Assembly (NCBI GenBank): GCA_030834985.1
Contig: JAUQWV010000002.1
Coordinates: forward strand, 4,435 to 68,434
DNA length: 64,000 nucleotides
Reading direction: 5' to 3'
Source: Candidatus Dojkabacteria bacterium
GTDB taxonomy: Bacteria; Patescibacteriota; Dojkabacteria; J137
Part shown: one piece after another, positions 1-9,083 of the stretch
Layout of the letters: each line of letters begins with the position of its first letter
Position numbering within the stretch: the stretch's first letter is position 1
Position numbers and translations under genes: made by a program
The notes under the pieces: model-generated
What the model was told of the DNA's origin: nothing
Seen by the model: the letters and a program-made list of their open reading frames with translations, nothing else
Databases searched by the model: none

Positions 1-2381
1 ATTTTGCAGATGCTGATTATAGAGGTACAACATGGCTAGAAACAAGCAATACTGCTTATTACTTATACATTGCAGCTGTTGATAATGCTGGTAACATTAC
101 AGATGAACCGTTAGTATCTTTTAATTTCAGATTTGATAACGGTCTTCCTACTAATGTTGCTTATTTATCTTGTGCTGCTGCAATTTTTGCAAGTGTTGCA
201 GATATGAATTTTTCGTGGCCTATAGAAGGGGCGGTATCTTCAAGTGATTCTAGTCCTGGAGCCGGTCTTTTAGGTTGGCAATATCAAATCAACTCGATAG
301 CTGGTCCTTGGCTTGGAACAGCTGAAGATACTGCATTAGGCATTGGTAGTTATATTCCTCTTAATGAGTCTTCTAGAACATTAACTCAAGATCAAGATGG
401 TGAGGCAATTGATATAGGCGATAATATTGTTTACTTTAGAACTGTTGATGCAGCTGGTAATGTATCATCTGAAGCTACAATACGAACCTGTAAATTAGCT
501 TTTGGCGGTGCTGCTCCAACATTTGGAGGTGCCGACAGTGTAACTGTTACACCATCTATATCGGAATCGAATAGCTTTGCTTTAAGCTGGCCCGAAGCTA
601 CACCTTCGTTTGATAGAACAATCCAGAAATACTACTATATGGTAAATGCAGCGCCGCCTTCAATATTAAGTACCTTACAAACTAATCCTGTAACATACAT
701 AGATAATGGCAATAATTTAACTGTAAGTGCAACATCATTACCAAATGTCAATAAAGGTACGAATACAGTTTATGTTGTTGCAATAGATGACAATAATAAT
801 TATTCGCCGTCTAACTATATTACTGGAACATTTACATTAGATTCTAATGATCCTGATAATGTAGGCAGCCTAACAGCATCTGATTCATCAATTAAAGCCG
901 AAAGCAGGTGGATGGTAACGTTAACTTGGTTACTTCCTGTTTACCAAGGAGCAGGTAATTTAACTTATATAGTACTGCGTTCAGAAAACGGAACAGATTT
1001 TACTGAAGTTGGCACATCAACAGGCTTATCGTATGTAGATTTAACCCCGGAATCAAAAATATATTATTACAAAGTAATTACTAAAGATGGAGCTAATTCT
1101 TTAAGTTCGGGAACGAATGCAGTAAGCATATTACCGACAGGTAGATTTGTAGAACCTGCTCCATTAGAAAGTGAACCGGTTGCAATAAATATAACCGCTA
1201 AAAAAGCAGAAATTCAATGGTCAACTAGTAGGCCTTCTGATTCAAAAATTGCAAATGGTACTGAAAGTGGAAATTATCATCCTGAAGAGACAGCTAATTC
1301 TGAGCAAAAAACCTTTCACTCAATTAATCTACAAGGATTAAATCCCGATACTACATACTATTATAGAGCAAAATGGACTGATGGAGACGGTAATACAGGT
1401 ATATCAGAAGAAAAAACATTTACAACAGCTCCGCCGCCTTTTATAAAAGATGTTGTGGTAAGTAGCGTGAATTTAAGTAGTGCCGTAATAAAATTTACTT
1501 CTGTTGGCGCATCTAAAGTAAAAGTATATTATGGAACAACAACTGCATTTGGAGGTGTTGTTGAAACTGGTACTTCTATAGCAGAAACTATTTACTTTAC
1601 TCAATTAACAGGTTTATCCGATGGAACAAAGTACTTTTATAGAATTAATGTTTTAGACGAAGAAAATGCCGAGTACTCAGGTACAATTTTAGATTTTACA
1701 ACACCTCCAAGACCAAATATTAGTAATTTAAGACTACAGCAGGTGCAAGATACTGCAGAATCAACAGTGTTAGTTACATTCGAAACAAATACTGCAACGT
1801 CTTCAATAGTATCTTATTATCCGCAGTCTGATCCTTCTGATGTAAAAGAAGTGGTAAGAACAGAATACGTTGGAGGCGAACAGAGCATGCAAGTAGGAGG
1901 TCTTTTACCGAATACTAATTATATGCTAACTGTTAAAGCTAGGGACTCTTTTGGTAATGAAGTGTCAAGTAACTTACAACGTTTTACTACCGCTACAGAT
2001 ACAAGACCGCCTAAGATATCTGATTTAAGAGTGGAAACTACGATTGTGCAGGGTGCTAATACATCTACTGATACATCAGCACAGATAATTATAAGCTGGA
2101 CAACAGATGAGCCTGCAACTTCCCAAGTGGAATTTGGAGAAGGTACCGGAACAGCTTACACTCAAAAAACGCAGGAAGATTTAAATTTGGTTTTAAATCA
2201 CACAGTGATTATTTCAAATCTATCGCCAGCCAAAGTTTATCATGTAAGAGCTATTTCTAAAGATGAAGCAAATAATTCAGCGTTTTCTGTAGATATGGCA
2301 ACTATTACGCCAAAGGCATCAGACAATATTTTGGAAATTATAATTAGGAGTTTATTACAGTTATTTCAGTTTGGAACCTAG
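1..2381 (+). CDS. Large secreted surface protein with repeated fibronectin-III/purple-acid-phosphatase-N-like beta-sandwich modules (5' partial; the frame is open from base 3 to the annotated ATG at 204, with no stop)
   Basis: The reading frame continues upstream of the track ORF to the window edge. It has recurring ~90-aa modules ending in Y(Y/F)YR motifs (TTYYYRAKWTDGDGNTG, TKYFYRINVLDEEN, KVYHVRAISKDEANNS) typical of FN3-like repeats and is Thr/Ser-rich. It lies immediately upstream of an ABC ATPase and FtsX-type permease. Confidence 0.6.
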   Translation, partial: FADADYRGTTWLETSNTAYYLYIAAVDNAGNITDEPLVSFNFRFDNGLPTNVAYLSCAAAIFASVADMNFSWPIEGAVSSSDSSPGAGLLGWQYQINSIAGPWLGTAEDTALGIGSYIPLNESSRTLTQDQDGEAIDIGDNIVYFRTVDAAGNVSSEATIRTCKLAFGGAAPTFGGADSVTVTPSISESNSFALSWPEATPSFDRTIQKYYYMVNAAPPSILSTLQTNPVTYIDNGNNLTVSATSLPNVNKGTNTVYVVAIDDNNNYSPSNYITGTFTLDSNDPDNVGSLTASDSSIKAESRWMVTLTWLLPVYQGAGNLTYIVLRSENGTDFTEVGTSTGLSYVDLTPESKIYYYKVITKDGANSLSSGTNAVSILPTGRFVEPAPLESEPVAINITAKKAEIQWSTSRPSDSKIANGTESGNYHPEETANSEQKTFHSINLQGLNPDTTYYYRAKWTDGDGNTGISEEKTFTTAPPPFIKDVVVSSVNLSSAVIKFTSVGASKVKVYYGTTTAFGGVVETGTSIAETIYFTQLTGLSDGTKYFYRINVLDEENAEYSGTILDFTTPPRPNISNLRLQQVQDTAESTVLVTFETNTATSSIVSYYPQSDPSDVKEVVRTEYVGGEQSMQVGGLLPNTNYMLTVKARDSFGNEVSSNLQRFTTATDTRPPKISDLRVETTIVQGANTSTDTSAQIIISWTTDEPATSQVEFGEGTGTAYTQKTQEDLNLVLNHTVIISNLSPAKVYHVRAISKDEANNSAFSVDMATITPKASDNILEIIIRSLLQLFQFGT

Positions 2382-2387
2382 TAATTT

Positions 2388-3179
2388 ATGAAAAGTATAA
2401 TCAAGATTAAAAATGTATCAAAAACGTTCTACACTAAAGTTCAGGAAATACACGTACTTAAAAATATTGATTTTGAAATTGCAGATGAAGATTTCTTGAT
2501 TATTTTTGGTAAATCAGGTTGCGGTAAATCAACTCTTTTACACATTTTGCTTGGTTTAGAAGTTCCAACTGCTGGTAATGTTGAGTTCTTAGGAGAATAT
2601 TTGTATCCGAACTCTGCTGATATAAATAACTCATTAGTGAATGATGATCAAAGGGGTGAGTTACGTAAAAAATATATAGGTATGGTTTATCAACAACCAT
2701 ACTGGATAAAATCTTTAAGTGTTGTAGAAAATGTTGCAGTACCACTTGCTTTAAGTGGTGTTAGCGAAAGTAAAAGACTTAAAACAGCAGAGCAATTGCT
2801 TGAGCAACTTGGTCTTTTGGAGTGGGCTGCTCTTAGCCCAAAAGAGCTTTCTAGCGGACAGCAGCAGATAGCTGCTTTGGCAAGAGCATTGGCAACAGAC
2901 CCTAAAATAATAATTGCTGATGAACCAACGGGTAACTTAGATTATGAATCTGGTCAGAAACTTATTGAGCTGCTGTCCGAACTGAACACTAAACATAAAA
3001 AGACAGTAATAATGGTTACGCATGATCTTGAATATCTACCTTACGGTAAAACAGTAGTAAAAATGTTTAATGGCGAAATTTTAAATACATCTATTTATAA
3101 AGATGAAGAAAAGAAAAAACTTATTGAAAAAATAAGGCAACAAAGAGAGCAGGATCAAAAAGATATTATTGATTTATAA
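2388..3179 (+). CDS. ABC transporter ATP-binding protein (MacB/LolD/FtsE-like)
   Basis: Walker A GKSGCGKST, ABC signature LSSGQQQ, Walker B IIIADEPTGNLD and the H-loop VTHD are present. Confidence 0.85.
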   Translation: MKSIIKIKNVSKTFYTKVQEIHVLKNIDFEIADEDFLIIFGKSGCGKSTLLHILLGLEVPTAGNVEFLGEYLYPNSADINNSLVNDDQRGELRKKYIGMVYQQPYWIKSLSVVENVAVPLALSGVSESKRLKTAEQLLEQLGLLEWAALSPKELSSGQQQIAALARALATDPKIIIADEPTGNLDYESGQKLIELLSELNTKHKKTVIMVTHDLEYLPYGKTVVKMFNGEILNTSIYKDEEKKKLIEKIRQQREQDQKDIIDL

Positions 3180-4722
3180 ACTGTTAAGAAGTATGGAAAC
3201 AATAAAAGCAATATTAAAAGATGTGGTAAATAGTATTTTATATACTGTTTTTTTAACAATTTACTTAATCTCTAAACTTTTACAGTTAATCTTTGGTATA
3301 AGAATTTTTCCGCCAATTTTAAAGCAATGGTTAAAATCTGCTACTACTTATATATTAAACAGTTTAAATACCTTATTCCCTAGTGGTGAAAATGTAAAAA
3401 GACTAGATTTAGTAGAAATGTCGCTTAAAACTTTAGTATTTAAAAGAGTTAGAACAATTGTAACTGTAGGAGGGATGGCTATTGGTATTGGCGTAATAGT
3501 TCTTTTAGTTTCTATCGGCTATGGTTTGCAAGATTTTGTTATCTCTCAGGTGGCTACTTTTGAAGCAATGAAACATATTGATGTTACACCACAAATCGGA
3601 CAGAAAGTTAGTCTTAACAGCAAATCTTTAGAAAATATTAAAGAGATAGAAGAGATTAATCAGGTTTTTCCAATTTATGCAGTAATTGCACAAGTAAGTT
3701 ACGCAGGTTCAGTATCTACTGTAGCAGCTTATGGAATAGATTCAGAATATTTAGTTACGTCTGAAATTGATCCAGTACAAGGTCAGCTTTTTGAAAATCG
3801 TCCCGGTTTGGAATCTAACTCAAAAAATAGAGTTCTAGGTATCGAAATAGAAGAAGATGCAGTACTTGAAACGGTATCTATTTCAGAAGAAGTAGATGAA
3901 CCGGTAGCCACAAAAGTACTTACACTAGGTGAAAATATACAAAATGAAATTGTAGTAAATACCGAAATGCTAAAACTTTTAGGGATTGGTGAGGGTAATA
4001 TTATAGATAAAAATATTAAGGTGATTTTTAGAATACCGTCAGAGTTATTATCTGAAAATGAAAAGCTAGAAACAGAGACAGTAGAGTATAGGATTGTTGG
4101 GTTAATTGAAGAAGGATCTACTCCAATCTTTTATTTCCCAATTGAAAATTTAAATAATCTACAGTTACAGAATTATTCATCTTTAAGAGTAATTGTTTCT
4201 AATGTGTCAGATGTTGTACAAATCCGAGAAAAGATAAATGCAATGGGTTTTGCTACTGGGTCAGTTGTAGATACAGTAAATCAAATCCAAATTCTTTTTG
4301 ATAATATTAGAGTATTTTTAACTTTGCTAGGAATGGTAGCCTTGCTTGTTGCTTCGTTAGGTGTATTTAATACACTAACTGTTTCCTTATTAGAAAGAAC
4401 AAAAGAAGTTGGTTTATTAAAAGCAATGGGAATGAATTCTTTAGAAATACAGCAGCTGTTTTTAACTGAAAGTTTACTCTTAGCACTTACAGGATGTTTT
4501 TTAGGAATAGGTATTGGAATAGTTGTGGGTAAAATATTAAGCGCTTTATTGTCTTTAGTTGTTTTACCAAAAGGCATGGGCTGGCTTGATATATCACATG
4601 TGCCACCTTCATTAGTGTTGCTTGTGATTTTTTTATCTTTACTTGTTGGTTTAGCTACGGGTATTTATCCTGCACAAAGAGCCAAAAAGATTTCTGCTTT
4701 AGATGCACTAAGGTATGAATAA
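3169..4722 (+). CDS. ABC transporter permease, FtsX/MacB-type (N-terminal TM, large extracytoplasmic domain, C-terminal 3-TM FtsX domain)
   Basis: Its 4-nt overlap with the upstream ATPase suggests translational coupling. It has a hydrophobic N-terminus, a ~250-aa soluble loop, and a C-terminal region (LLKAMGMNSLEIQQLFLTESLLLAL ... YPAQRAKKISALDALRYE) typical of the FtsX-like permease family. Confidence 0.75.
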   Translation: MIYKLLRSMETIKAILKDVVNSILYTVFLTIYLISKLLQLIFGIRIFPPILKQWLKSATTYILNSLNTLFPSGENVKRLDLVEMSLKTLVFKRVRTIVTVGGMAIGIGVIVLLVSIGYGLQDFVISQVATFEAMKHIDVTPQIGQKVSLNSKSLENIKEIEEINQVFPIYAVIAQVSYAGSVSTVAAYGIDSEYLVTSEIDPVQGQLFENRPGLESNSKNRVLGIEIEEDAVLETVSISEEVDEPVATKVLTLGENIQNEIVVNTEMLKLLGIGEGNIIDKNIKVIFRIPSELLSENEKLETETVEYRIVGLIEEGSTPIFYFPIENLNNLQLQNYSSLRVIVSNVSDVVQIREKINAMGFATGSVVDTVNQIQILFDNIRVFLTLLGMVALLVASLGVFNTLTVSLLERTKEVGLLKAMGMNSLEIQQLFLTESLLLALTGCFLGIGIGIVVGKILSALLSLVVLPKGMGWLDISHVPPSLVLLVIFLSLLVGLATGIYPAQRAKKISALDALRYE

Positions 4723-4782
4723 AAAGCGTATTGACTTTAACCTTTAAGTTTTGTTTAATAGCTTTAAAGGAATTTCTTTAAA

Positions 4783-5880
4783 TTGATAAGAAAAATGGTC
4801 AAACGCTTTACAAAACTTCGCATATATTTTTTGTGTCTAGTGCTTGTATTCGGTTTTGGAATAGAATTTAGTAATCTATTCTCAAATAGATTAAGCGCAG
4901 CTACATTTGCAAAATTTAGTATTAAACCCTCTCGGGTAGAGGCAAGTATTACAGATGTTAACTTTTTAATTAAGGTTGAACCTACTACCGCTGACACCGA
5001 AGATGAGGTTACAGTTACCTTTGATGCAGGCTATACAGTAGATTCTACAGCTTCAAATATAACTGTAAGTACAAGTGGTATTCTTGATTGGGATTCTGAA
5101 TGTGCTAATGCATGGCCAGGTATTGGTTCCCAGGCAACTGGAGTATCATCACAGGCCGTTACTTTTGCATCTAGTGACTTAACAGTTGGCCAAGTTTACT
5201 GTTTTATAATTACAGGTGGTGTTGATAATCCGGCTTCACTTGGTAACTATGTAATTTCGGTAGAAACCTTTGATACGTCAGCTTCGGTAGATATGGGAAT
5301 AATGTCTTTACCGATTATTGATGATGACTCTGTTGTTATAACTGCAAGTGTTGCACCTTTTGTAAGATGCGATGTTGGTACTACAAATGGATTTAGTGAT
5401 AATGCTATTGATTTAGGTGTTTTAAGATACGGTACAGTTACATCTTCAACTGAAGATATTAGAATCGGTTTAGGAACAAATACAGTAAGTGGAGCAGAGG
5501 TTTCGTATACAAGTGAAAACGGAGGCTTATCTTCAATATTGGGATCTTACACTTTAACAGGCGCTGATGCAGAAGATACCTTATCGGCAACTACTTTAAG
5601 TTGTTCAGGAACTGATCCATGTTTTGGTATTTATGCTAGTGGAGTTTCATCTGCTTCAACAGGTTCAATTGCAGCAAATACCAACTTTACAGGATTAACA
5701 GCTACAACAGCAGTGGGACCAATTACAACTGATGCGTATGGTGTTCCTATCGCTTCTTCTACCGGTGCCTTATCAAATGGCGTTATAGAATATAATGTAA
5801 ATGCAACTGCTTCTGAAGAGGCTCCTGCAGCAGTAGATTATACAGATACACTAACATTTACTTGCAAAGCTAATTTGTAA
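4783..5880 (+). CDS. Secreted Ser/Thr/Gly-rich hypothetical protein (signal peptide); C-terminal ~170 aa paralogous to the 7791..8972 protein
   Basis: It has a hydrophobic N-terminus. Its C-terminal segment IDLGVLRYGTVTSS...DYTDTLTFTCKANL aligns with IDLGTLTYNSVTTA...DYSETIIFTVQGKL of the minus-strand gene at 7791..8972. Confidence 0.5.
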   Translation: MIRKMVKRFTKLRIYFLCLVLVFGFGIEFSNLFSNRLSAATFAKFSIKPSRVEASITDVNFLIKVEPTTADTEDEVTVTFDAGYTVDSTASNITVSTSGILDWDSECANAWPGIGSQATGVSSQAVTFASSDLTVGQVYCFIITGGVDNPASLGNYVISVETFDTSASVDMGIMSLPIIDDDSVVITASVAPFVRCDVGTTNGFSDNAIDLGVLRYGTVTSSTEDIRIGLGTNTVSGAEVSYTSENGGLSSILGSYTLTGADAEDTLSATTLSCSGTDPCFGIYASGVSSASTGSIAANTNFTGLTATTAVGPITTDAYGVPIASSTGALSNGVIEYNVNATASEEAPAAVDYTDTLTFTCKANL

Positions 5881-5897
5881 GGTGTTAATCTTTTTTT

Positions 5898-6947
5898 GTG
5901 CGAACAATTCAGACTACAATATTACTCATAGTTGGTGCAATTAGTATATTTACTTTTGTTGCAGTACAAAGTGTTAAAGCACAGCAAACTGGAGTAATAG
6001 TTTCTCCGCCTGTGCTCAATCAAAATCTTACTGGCGGCACCACCTACGATGAGATCATTCATGTATCTAATTTTAAATTAACTGATAATCAGTTTTATAT
6101 AACTACCCGCGATATGATGATTGATGAAAGAGGTAACTTTATATCAGTTACATATCCCGATGGTGATAATAGATCTGAATTTGAAAAGAAAGGATGGTTA
6201 ACAATATCGCCTAATGAATTCTTTTTGAGTTCGGGTGACTCCACAACTTTTACAGCTCACTTTGATTTACCAACTGATTTTCCTACCCAAGGCTATTATT
6301 TTGAAATTGTGATTTCTACTCAAAAGCCAGATTCTCAAGATGGTGTTGTAGGGCTTGTAACAGAAATTGTGTTACCTGTTGGTATAAACTACTTAGGTAA
6401 GGATGATATTAGAAGATTTATTGCGATTGCAGAATTCGAAGCTGCTAACGAATTTGGTGTTTCAAGCTGGTTATATGAATATCCACCAGTTGAATTTAAA
6501 ACTCTTTTACAAAATATTGGTAACGTAAATATTATTCCAACAGGCGAGATTTTTATTTCGCGTGATGAAAATTTTTCTAATGTTGTAACAACTATTCCAT
6601 TTAATCAGAATGGGCTCACAATCTTTAATGGTTCTTTTAGAGAATTTAAAAATGTTTGGGATGGAGGATTTTTAACATTAGATGAAAATAATAGATTAAG
6701 TGTTAATTTTGATAAGATAGATGATTTTCGGTTTGGCCGATACTTTGCTCAATTAAATGTGGTGTGGGACGGCCAAACCGGCAAAGAGTTCGAAAGAAGA
6801 GTAGTAACATTCTGGATTATTCCTTGGAAGCTAATACTTTTAATTCTTGCTATTGTAGTTATAATCACTTATATAATTATTAGAATAAGACGCAAAAAGA
6901 AAAAAAGTGCAGCAATTAATAATAAACAAAAAAATTTAAATGTCTAA
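5898..6947 (+). CDS. Secreted protein with signal peptide and C-terminal TM anchor plus basic tail (IRIRRKKKKS)
   Basis: It has an N-terminal signal-like segment, a C-terminal hydrophobic helix followed by a Lys/Arg cluster, and an architecture shared with the next gene. Confidence 0.5.
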   Translation: MRTIQTTILLIVGAISIFTFVAVQSVKAQQTGVIVSPPVLNQNLTGGTTYDEIIHVSNFKLTDNQFYITTRDMMIDERGNFISVTYPDGDNRSEFEKKGWLTISPNEFFLSSGDSTTFTAHFDLPTDFPTQGYYFEIVISTQKPDSQDGVVGLVTEIVLPVGINYLGKDDIRRFIAIAEFEAANEFGVSSWLYEYPPVEFKTLLQNIGNVNIIPTGEIFISRDENFSNVVTTIPFNQNGLTIFNGSFREFKNVWDGGFLTLDENNRLSVNFDKIDDFRFGRYFAQLNVVWDGQTGKEFERRVVTFWIIPWKLILLILAIVVIITYIIIRIRRKKKKSAAINNKQKNLNV

Positions 6948-7794
6948 TGCATTAACATTTCAACCATCTATTTATGAACTAACACTTAATTCAGAAGAAA
7001 GTGTTAACTTAACAGGTGCTGTTACAAATAATACAAATAAAGATATTACATTTAAAATTTATAATAAAAATGTAAATATTGATTCTGTTGCTAATGGAAA
7101 GTTTGATGTAGTAGATTATGCGCAATTTACGCCGGCCGACTGGATTAAGCTTAATCAAACTGAAATAACAGTAGGAGCAGCTCAAACAAAAGATTTCAGT
7201 TTTACAGTTACGTTGCCCAGATCGGCCGAAATAAGAGATTATTATCCGCTACTTATTTTAGAAAATTATGATTCATCGAATGCTTCTAATGTAGGTGTAA
7301 ATTTTAATATTGCAGTACCTGTATTAGTGAATGTTGCTGATCAACTACAAAGCACAAGAGATTTTATTAAAATTGGTAACTTTGAAAGTGCAAATAGTTT
7401 AGTAACAGATTTAAATTTGAATTTGTCTTTTAGTATTAATAATTTAAGTAAAAATTTTATTAAGCCAACCGGAATTATAAAGATTTATAACAGCGAAAAC
7501 GAATTATTGGGCAACTTACCAAGGGTAAACAATAATTTTAAAACTATGCTGCCTGGACAAAGCTTAAGTGAAAATATTGTTTGGAACGGCGCAGACAATT
7601 CGTTTTCGCTCATTCCTAAATTCGGCAACTATAAAGCAGTGCTGGAAGTTTACACCAGTGCAGGCAGTAATCCTGTAGTAATGGAATCAACATTTTTTGT
7701 TTTGCCGATCTATCATATATTGGGATTAATAACTTTATTAGTTTTAGCAGCAGTATTGGCTTTTAGATTTAAAAGAAAGTCAGCTCGTTCTTAA
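6940..7794 (+). CDS. Hypothetical protein with C-terminal TM anchor and basic tail (RFKRKSARS), no obvious signal peptide
   Basis: The ORF overlaps the upstream gene by 8 nt. Its C-terminal hydrophobic helix plus KR tail mirrors 5898..6947. Confidence 0.45.
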   Translation: MSNALTFQPSIYELTLNSEESVNLTGAVTNNTNKDITFKIYNKNVNIDSVANGKFDVVDYAQFTPADWIKLNQTEITVGAAQTKDFSFTVTLPRSAEIRDYYPLLILENYDSSNASNVGVNFNIAVPVLVNVADQLQSTRDFIKIGNFESANSLVTDLNLNLSFSINNLSKNFIKPTGIIKIYNSENELLGNLPRVNNNFKTMLPGQSLSENIVWNGADNSFSLIPKFGNYKAVLEVYTSAGSNPVVMESTFFVLPIYHILGLITLLVLAAVLAFRFKRKSARS

Positions 7795-8972
7795 AGCTTA
7801 CCCTGAACTGTAAAGATAATAGTTTCTGAATAATCGCTGGCGCTTAAAGTACTTTCATCCATTTTAGCTTTTATATAAAAAGCAGCTCTACCTTCAAAAA
7901 TAGGCTCTCCGGAAGTATTTAAAATTTCTACGCCTCCTGGATTAGATGTAACAGCTCCAACTGTGTTACCTGCTTGATTAAAATTAGTTGTAGCAATTAA
8001 AGGACCTAAAAAAGTTTCTGATATATTAAAATTTTGTAAACCATAACCAAAAACATTATCTAAGTTATCATTTACCGCTAGGATTGTATAATCCACTGAT
8101 GCGCTATAAAGGCCATCGTTAATGCTTGTTCCAAATATAGAAGCACCTGAAGTCATATTTGTTCCAAGATCAAACCAGATTAAATCAGATGCTGTAGTCA
8201 CACTGTTATAAGTTAGTGTTCCTAAGTCTATTAAATAAGGAGAACTTGTTTCGGCTGTACTACCTGCTGTATCTGAAAGATCAATATCAAAAATGATTTG
8301 TGGATATGCAGTAGTTGCACTTTGTGCACTGCCTGGAATACTTTCAGTAAAATCACCGTGCAGTGCTGTAATTCTTATATAATATGTTGTGTTAGGTGTT
8401 AAACTTAAAATATTGAATATTGGATTTTCCCATGAACTTTGAGTTAAATAATCATTAATATCGTGAGTAGCTTCTTCTTCAATTAAAAAAGTTGCACCAT
8501 CTATATACTGCCAGCTATTCCAATTAGAATCAGTAGTTATTTGTACACTATATAAAGTATCTGTAGGATTACTTTGTGGATCAATTTCAAATCTTGCTTT
8601 ATTAAAACATCCTCCTTGTCCACACACTTGTATCATACCGTTTACAATTGAAGGATTATTACAACCTGAGGATCCGCTTGTAGTAGTTTCAAAACAATGC
8701 ACTAACGGAACATTTGCCTGCCATGTATTTACAGCTCCGACTCCTATTCTGTAATGCTCAGAATTAAATCGTATATCGTTTAATATAGTATCTCCTGTTA
8801 AAAGTAGTTTGGAATTTGTTCCTTCTAGATTATTTGAACCTGTTGTTGAAAATGAAAAATCAAGAATTTTTAAATTGTTTGAATCAATATCTTCAGCGTA
8901 TGTGTTTACTGAAAATATTAAACTTACAAATAAAAGTGTAAATAAAATTTTTAAATTAAAATGTTTCTTCAT
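7791..8972 (-). CDS. Secreted hypothetical protein (signal peptide); C-terminal domain paralogous to 4783..5880
   Basis: It has an N-terminal hydrophobic leader (MKKHFNLKILFTLLFVSLIFSVNTYA) and C-terminal similarity to the 4783 protein. Confidence 0.5.
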   Translation of the reverse strand: MKKHFNLKILFTLLFVSLIFSVNTYAEDIDSNNLKILDFSFSTTGSNNLEGTNSKLLLTGDTILNDIRFNSEHYRIGVGAVNTWQANVPLVHCFETTTSGSSGCNNPSIVNGMIQVCGQGGCFNKARFEIDPQSNPTDTLYSVQITTDSNWNSWQYIDGATFLIEEEATHDINDYLTQSSWENPIFNILSLTPNTTYYIRITALHGDFTESIPGSAQSATTAYPQIIFDIDLSDTAGSTAETSSPYLIDLGTLTYNSVTTASDLIWFDLGTNMTSGASIFGTSINDGLYSASVDYTILAVNDNLDNVFGYGLQNFNISETFLGPLIATTNFNQAGNTVGAVTSNPGGVEILNTSGEPIFEGRAAFYIKAKMDESTLSASDYSETIIFTVQGKL

Positions 8973-9083
8973 TTAAAAACATTCTAAGTGTTTATAAGTT
9001 TTGAAGTCAATCAAACCTTATAAATTATTGACACCAATATTTAATTTCTATAAGCTAGTTAGTGAATACTCATTAACGAAAAC

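Noticed and set aside
2500-2745. Many 60-140 aa ORFs on the opposite strand inside larger genes (e.g. 2500..2745, 4281..4577, 9638..10054, 16560..16778, 17128..17558, 19490..20409, 26667..27025, 40030..40248, 45570..46288, 46958..47635, 54854..55186, 58411..58990)
   Set aside because: They lie antisense within well-supported genes (ABC ATPase, pnp, eno, pyk, NHL proteins and so on). Their composition is Cys/His/Leu-biased or mirrors the Gly/Ser-rich sense strand. They are treated as chance ORFs.
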